NCBI GenBank assembly: GCA_021399395.1
Contig: JAAFKJ010000121.1
Span: 1 to 11,528 of the forward strand
Reading direction: 5' to 3'
DNA length: 11,528 bases
Source: Candidatus Heimdallarchaeota archaeon
GTDB taxonomy: Archaea; Asgardarchaeota; Heimdallarchaeia; Heimdallarchaeales; Heimdallarchaeaceae
The notes beneath the pieces are model-generated. The model saw only the letters and a list, made by a program, of their open reading frames with translations. It was not told the origin of the DNA and did no database searches. Made by a program: the position numbers and the translations under genes. Shown piece by piece: positions 7,303 through 11,528 of this stretch (its first letter is position 1; each line of letters starts with the position of its first letter).

Positions 7303-8091
7303 ATGAAGATTTTCAAGATTTACTCTGAGTATGCTAGAGCATACCATGAGATGTACCAATCTATATTTGACTATGAAGAAGAATTTAAAATTTACGATAA
7401 ATATCTTTCAAAGATCAAAGCTAAAAAAATTCTGGAATTAGGCTGTGGGAGTGGAAACATGGCTAAATTGTTCATAAAGAACAAATATGATTACATAGGT
7501 TTGGACTGTTCTAAAGAAATGATAGCTCTATCAAAAGAGTTTGTACCCAAAGGTAAATTCCTTTTGGGCGATATGCGAAATTTAGAATTAGAAGAAACTT
7601 TTGACGCAGTTTTGGTAACAGGAAGAACTTTTACTCACATGACCACTAACCATGATGTAATGTTCGCCTTAAACTCTATTCATGAAGTATTGAACCACGA
7701 GGGTTGGCTGATTTTTGATAATTTTGACGCTTCAATCATATTTACAGATTTCAGAGAGACATCTCAAAACAAAACAATGTTTGAGAATCGTAAGTATCTT
7801 AGACTTAGTGAAACCTCCTTCGATTTTAATCATGGATGGACATGGAAATGGAAATCTCATTATGAGGTAATTGAGGAAGAGAAAAAAGAAGAATTTGAAG
7901 ATGAGATTACCCTTCGAGCATTTACAGAAGATGAATTGAGATTGTTTTTAAGCATTAACGGTTTCAAGGTCTGTAATATGGAAAAATCCGCTAATGCTAT
8001 CCTAACAGTAGCACAGAAAATAAATGAAGAAAAGACTAATGCTCAAAATATCTATTTCAAGCAGAAGTTAAATGATATCAGTGAAACTTAA
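7303..8091 (+). CDS. Class I SAM-dependent methyltransferase (small-molecule type)
   Basis: Motif I ILELGCGSG, GLDCSKEMI, GDMRNL, FDAV and LxxxGWLIFD, followed by a beta-rich cap typical of Methyltransf_25-like enzymes. The 3' end overlaps serS by 14 bp. Confidence 0.9.
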   Translation: MKIFKIYSEYARAYHEMYQSIFDYEEEFKIYDKYLSKIKAKKILELGCGSGNMAKLFIKNKYDYIGLDCSKEMIALSKEFVPKGKFLLGDMRNLELEETFDAVLVTGRTFTHMTTNHDVMFALNSIHEVLNHEGWLIFDNFDASIIFTDFRETSQNKTMFENRKYLRLSETSFDFNHGWTWKWKSHYEVIEEEKKEEFEDEITLRAFTEDELRLFLSINGFKVCNMEKSANAILTVAQKINEEKTNAQNIYFKQKLNDISET

Positions 8092-9619
8092 TTGTCTCAG
8101 GTAGTTTATCGATATATTTCAAGAAAGGTTCAGGCCAATTCTTTTGGTCTAATCCCTTTTGTGATATAAAGGCTGTTAGGAATCTCTCGAACGAACCACC
8201 ACAACATCCTGACCATAGTTCTACATTTCCTTCAGCTTTTACAGAGAAACCTTTAGGATATTTAGTCCCTATTATAGAAACATTCTGTATCTCTAACCAC
8301 TCACTTTCTTCTCGTGTTCCTCGGTAAGGCATGTATGCTTCATAATCAATGGTTCCTACTAGATCTGTTTCTTTGTCCATCTTCTGTTCACTAGCAGATT
8401 GTTGTAACCACCAAGGCATAACTTGTGCTTCTCTAACTTCTAGGTCAAGAACCTCATTGAAGATTATCCTCATCTTGTCTCTTACAGCTGTTCCAGCCTT
8501 CTTAGCTTGTTTTGGTGAACCAATAAACAATGTTTCAATACGATGGAGTTCATCGACTCGTTCGAAACCATATGCTGATCCAGCTTCATATCTGTAGGTA
8601 GGTCCTGACCAATCATAGATTTTTATTGGAAGACTGCTCTTTGCCAAGGTTTTTCCCTGCAACCAAGCCCAAAATGGAGGGCATTGAGCATATGATAAAC
8701 CTCCTATTGGTGCAGTTACTTTCTCAGCTAATTTTTCTGTAGGTATTGTTTTAGTAATTGTAATATAATCAGCTATCTCCTCAAAATATTCGGGTGTTGG
8801 TTCTTTAGGTTGAACTACAAAATATGGTTCAAATCCTCCTTGGTAAATTCCTTCAGCGTGTTCGGATCTTAACCAAATTGACCAATCTACAAGTTTTGGT
8901 ATCATCATCTGATCATACCCTAAAGGTTTGTAGATGTAATCGACCATTATCTGTTTCATAGCTTCTGCTAGAGTGGTTATTGTTGGAGATAATATCCATT
9001 GATTTCGATAGTTAGTTCTCTGTATCCAATTTGCTTCTTGCATAAGAGTTGTAGGATTCTGGTCTGTAAACAATTCTTTTTCCCCACTCGACCAGACTAT
9101 CTCATGGTGCTCTTTCTTCGCTCCATAGTGCTGTTTTGCTGCTTTATCATTAACTCTGCGAACAATACGCTCGATAGTTCCTTTTTCCACAAAATCTTCT
9201 GGTATTTCTGGGTCGATTTCGATTTTTGCGTAAAACTTGTCTTCTTTTTTGCTGAATTCGATTTTCTTTGTTAAAGGTAGAGTAAATTCTTTCAGAGGTT
9301 CTTGCTCAATTTCAGTTTCAATGGTATATTTTCTAAACTCAAATCCTCTCAATCCCACACGATATTTCTTACCAATGGCTTCAGCCAATTGTTTTCGAAT
9401 TCTAAGGAGTGCTACATGTGGTGGAACTGAATTAACTGAAGCAATAACAAAGCTCAGTTGATTTCCATCTGCATTGATATTTGTTATTGCAAACTCACCC
9501 TCCTTTTTGGATTCTTGTGTTTTTTCAACAAATTGATTAAAGAATTCTGTTAAATCTTCAGAACTTTCATCTGGTAGGGGGCCACTCAGATTGAAAGCAG
9601 CAGCTAAGTAATGTTTCAT
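8078..9619 (-). CDS. serS: Seryl-tRNA synthetase, methanogen-type (Zn-dependent SerRS2)
   Basis: N-terminal alpha/beta tRNA-binding domain with HVALLRIRKQLAEAIGKKYRVGLRG, plus YAQCPPF, class II motif 2 SGPTYRYEAG...GFERVDELHRIE, EWLEIQNVS and motif 3 WSGCCGGSFERF. The Cys/Glu/Cys zinc-ligand pattern is retained. Confidence 0.92.
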   Translation of the reverse strand: MKHYLAAAFNLSGPLPDESSEDLTEFFNQFVEKTQESKKEGEFAITNINADGNQLSFVIASVNSVPPHVALLRIRKQLAEAIGKKYRVGLRGFEFRKYTIETEIEQEPLKEFTLPLTKKIEFSKKEDKFYAKIEIDPEIPEDFVEKGTIERIVRRVNDKAAKQHYGAKKEHHEIVWSSGEKELFTDQNPTTLMQEANWIQRTNYRNQWILSPTITTLAEAMKQIMVDYIYKPLGYDQMMIPKLVDWSIWLRSEHAEGIYQGGFEPYFVVQPKEPTPEYFEEIADYITITKTIPTEKLAEKVTAPIGGLSYAQCPPFWAWLQGKTLAKSSLPIKIYDWSGPTYRYEAGSAYGFERVDELHRIETLFIGSPKQAKKAGTAVRDKMRIIFNEVLDLEVREAQVMPWWLQQSASEQKMDKETDLVGTIDYEAYMPYRGTREESEWLEIQNVSIIGTKYPKGFSVKAEGNVELWSGCCGGSFERFLTAFISQKGLDQKNWPEPFLKYIDKLPETIKFH

Positions 9620-9663
9620 TTTATTATCATCAAAAGAAAAACCTCATCTAATTTAACTTTTCC

Positions 9664-9698
9664 GAATAAGATAAGAAAAAGAGGGGAAAAAGAAGAAA
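9664..9698 (-). terminator. Oligo-T/pyrimidine-rich archaeal-type terminator downstream of the ABC ATPase
   Basis: The minus strand reads TTTCTTCTTTTTCCCCTCTTTTTCTTATCTTATTC directly after the stop at 9701. Confidence 0.55.
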
Positions 9699-9700
9699 TT

Positions 9701-11440
9701 TTACTTGTTATTGTTTTCTTCTTGAATTTGAAGATATTCTTTCAAAATGACTCTTAATGAATCCATTGTCACTCTAGAATCTTCAGTGATTTTACCGTCT
9801 GAAATTCTTATGTGTCTGAAGCCAGGACGAAGCAGAGATAGATCATGAGAACACATGATGAAGGTAGCATTGTTCTGTTCTACAGCATCAATTAGGACAT
9901 CCATCAGAGTACGTGCTAAATCTGAATCCATATTAGCTGTGGGTTCATCAGCTAAAAGCAGCTGTGTTTGTCTAGACAATGCTAAAGTTAATGTAGCTCT
10001 TTGTTTCTCTCCTGCACTTAATTCATCAGGATAAGAATCAAGTTTATGAACAATATGACACTGTTTGGCTACAGATTCTCCAAGATCTGGATCATACTCT
10101 TTTCCTTGGAATAAGTAAGGAATTAGCAGATTATCTCTTAACTCAATAGGTTCAAACAGACTGTGATACTGGGTAATATAAGCTATATTTGCTAGTCTAA
10201 AATCTGATCTAGCTGTATCGTCAGAATGACTGATTTTGAATCCATCGACTGTCAACTGCCCTTCATCAGGTTTGAGTAATCCAGCTATCAGATTGAGTAA
10301 AGTGGTTTTCCCAACTCCAGAAGGCCCTGAAATAAACACAAAATCTCCTTTCTTGACTTCAAGATCCACTCCTTTGATAACAGGATAGTTTTTACCGAAT
10401 ATTCTATAACCTCTATGAACTCCTTTGACTTTTACAAATGGCTTAGCTTTAGGATCAAGTTTAAACTCTCGCTCGAAGAGATAGTCTAAATCCTCAAACG
10501 ATATCTCATCTACAGACTCTTTGAACTGATCGGGGGGTTGTTGAAGAATATCATATACTTCTTCCTTAGACACGAGATCTGGGTTCCACAACATAGCTAT
10601 TTTCTTGGAAGGGTGCACATCAAATTCAGCTACATCTCTAAGAGCTGCAGAAGATTTGATTTTATCTGGAATCTGGATGAAGTTAGATGGATCTATATAG
10701 ACTGTGTTCAAAACTGAAGCATCTTTTAAGAAATCTAATTGAGATTTATCAGATTCATAACCCACTCCAACTAGCCTGCCATCTCGGATAAGGAAACTTT
10801 TCTTGAAAGAATTACGGTATCGAACATCATGAGTAACAATAACCATGGTGGTACCTAATTCCTCATTCACTTCCTTCAGATTCTCAATAATCTCGTAGGT
10901 ATTGGCACTATCAAGCTGACCTGTTGGCTCATCTGCAAGTACAAATTCAGGTTGTCTAGCTAAAGCTATTGCGACAGATAATCTCATTGATTCTCCACCG
11001 CTCAATTTAGCAGCTTTGTTGTTTTTAACATGTTGAAGGTTGAATAAGGTTAGAAGTTCCTCCATCTCTTTCTTAGCTATTTCTCTTGGAGTATGCTTCA
11101 TTTTCATGGGCATAAGTAGATTATCTCTAGCAGTAAGATTGGAGAAAAGATTCCTACTAGTAAATTGGTTAACTAGACCAATATTCTTGTATCTAAAGTC
11201 TCTCCTTTCTTTCTCATTCATTCTATCAATCTGTACCCCGCCGATTAAGATCAAACCGCCAGTTGGAACGTCTGTTCCTGAAAGCATATTGATTAGAGTT
11301 GTCTTTCCAGCCCCCGAGGGACCGATGATGGATACTAATTCTCCATCAGCAACATCCAAATCTAGCCCTCTGAGGGCTGAGACCTTGTAATCAGTCACTT
11401 TGTCGTGGTAAATTTTTATTAAGTCCAAACATCTGATCAT
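9701..11440 (-). CDS. ABC transporter ATP-binding protein, two tandem LolD/MacB(SalX)-type NBDs with an AbrB-like linker segment
   Basis: NBD1 has GPSGAGKT, LSGGE, VLADEPTGQLD and VTHD; NBD2 has GPSGVGKT, LSAGEKQR, LLADEPTANMD and CSHD. There are no TM helices. The likely start is ATG 11440 (MIRCLDL), preceded by an SD-like GGAGTGA. Confidence 0.9.
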   Translation of the reverse strand: MIRCLDLIKIYHDKVTDYKVSALRGLDLDVADGELVSIIGPSGAGKTTLINMLSGTDVPTGGLILIGGVQIDRMNEKERRDFRYKNIGLVNQFTSRNLFSNLTARDNLLMPMKMKHTPREIAKKEMEELLTLFNLQHVKNNKAAKLSGGESMRLSVAIALARQPEFVLADEPTGQLDSANTYEIIENLKEVNEELGTTMVIVTHDVRYRNSFKKSFLIRDGRLVGVGYESDKSQLDFLKDASVLNTVYIDPSNFIQIPDKIKSSAALRDVAEFDVHPSKKIAMLWNPDLVSKEEVYDILQQPPDQFKESVDEISFEDLDYLFEREFKLDPKAKPFVKVKGVHRGYRIFGKNYPVIKGVDLEVKKGDFVFISGPSGVGKTTLLNLIAGLLKPDEGQLTVDGFKISHSDDTARSDFRLANIAYITQYHSLFEPIELRDNLLIPYLFQGKEYDPDLGESVAKQCHIVHKLDSYPDELSAGEKQRATLTLALSRQTQLLLADEPTANMDSDLARTLMDVLIDAVEQNNATFIMCSHDLSLLRPGFRHIRISDGKITEDSRVTMDSLRVILKEYLQIQEENNNK

Positions 11441-11447
11441 ATTCTCA

Positions 11448-11528
11448 TCACTCCAAGTTCCTTGGCATATATTTCGCATAATTCGCCTTCATTGAGAAGT
11501 AGAATATTGACATAAATAATGCCGGTGC
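11448..11528 (-). CDS. C-terminal end of an upstream gene, probably an FtsX/MacB-like ABC permease (5'-partial)
   Basis: The minus frame reads APALFMSIFYFSMKANYAKYMPRNLE* with TGA at 11450-11448, 7 nt before the ATPase ATG. A hydrophobic stretch followed by a short R-x-x-E tail resembles FtsX permease C-termini. Only 26 aa are visible. Confidence 0.5.
   Translation of the reverse strand, partial: APALFMSIFYFSMKANYAKYMPRNLE

Noticed and set aside
5570-9619. ltaE + methyltransferase + SerRS-like enzyme as a biosynthetic cluster for a modified amino acid
   Set aside because: SerRS is full length with its tRNA-binding domain, the genes differ in orientation and seem to have separate promoters, and no carrier protein is visible.
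3494-11390. Other short plus-strand ORFs (3494, 6417, 6763, 8349, 8999, 9237, 11040)
   Set aside because: All lie antisense to strongly supported genes and have no motifs or expression signals.
11441-11479. ORF-track N-terminal extension of the ABC ATPase
   Set aside because: It overlaps the upstream gene's tail in another frame; ATG 11440 has an SD and matches the usual NBD start.

Overview
AT-rich, gene-dense archaeal window. An Asgard/Heimdallarchaeia-like origin is inferred, not proven, from TATA/BRE-type promoters close to start codons, a methanogen-type SerRS and a candidate eukaryote-signature protein. It holds eight complete genes and two partial ones: a SAMHD1-like HD phosphohydrolase (partial, missing from the ORF track), UDP-sugar 6-dehydrogenase, an MBL/beta-CASP nuclease with a ~295-aa unknown N-terminal extension, a disordered Ala/Pro-rich protein, low-specificity L-threonine aldolase, a secreted CARDB/Ig-like protein with a C-terminal anchor, a class I SAM methyltransferase, methanogen-type seryl-tRNA synthetase, a tandem double-NBD LolD/MacB-type ABC ATPase with an internal AbrB-like segment, and the tail of a probable permease. 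The most notable item is the Ala/Pro-rich protein (4643-5494, minus strand). Its order is N-terminal coiled coil, Ala/Pro linker, two duplicated WH2-like motifs, amphipathic helix plus KR, then an acidic tract, which mirrors eukaryotic WASP/WAVE/WASH actin nucleation-promoting factors. This is a by-eye hypothesis that needs profile searches and structure prediction. No RNA genes, CRISPR arrays or mobile elements were recognised.
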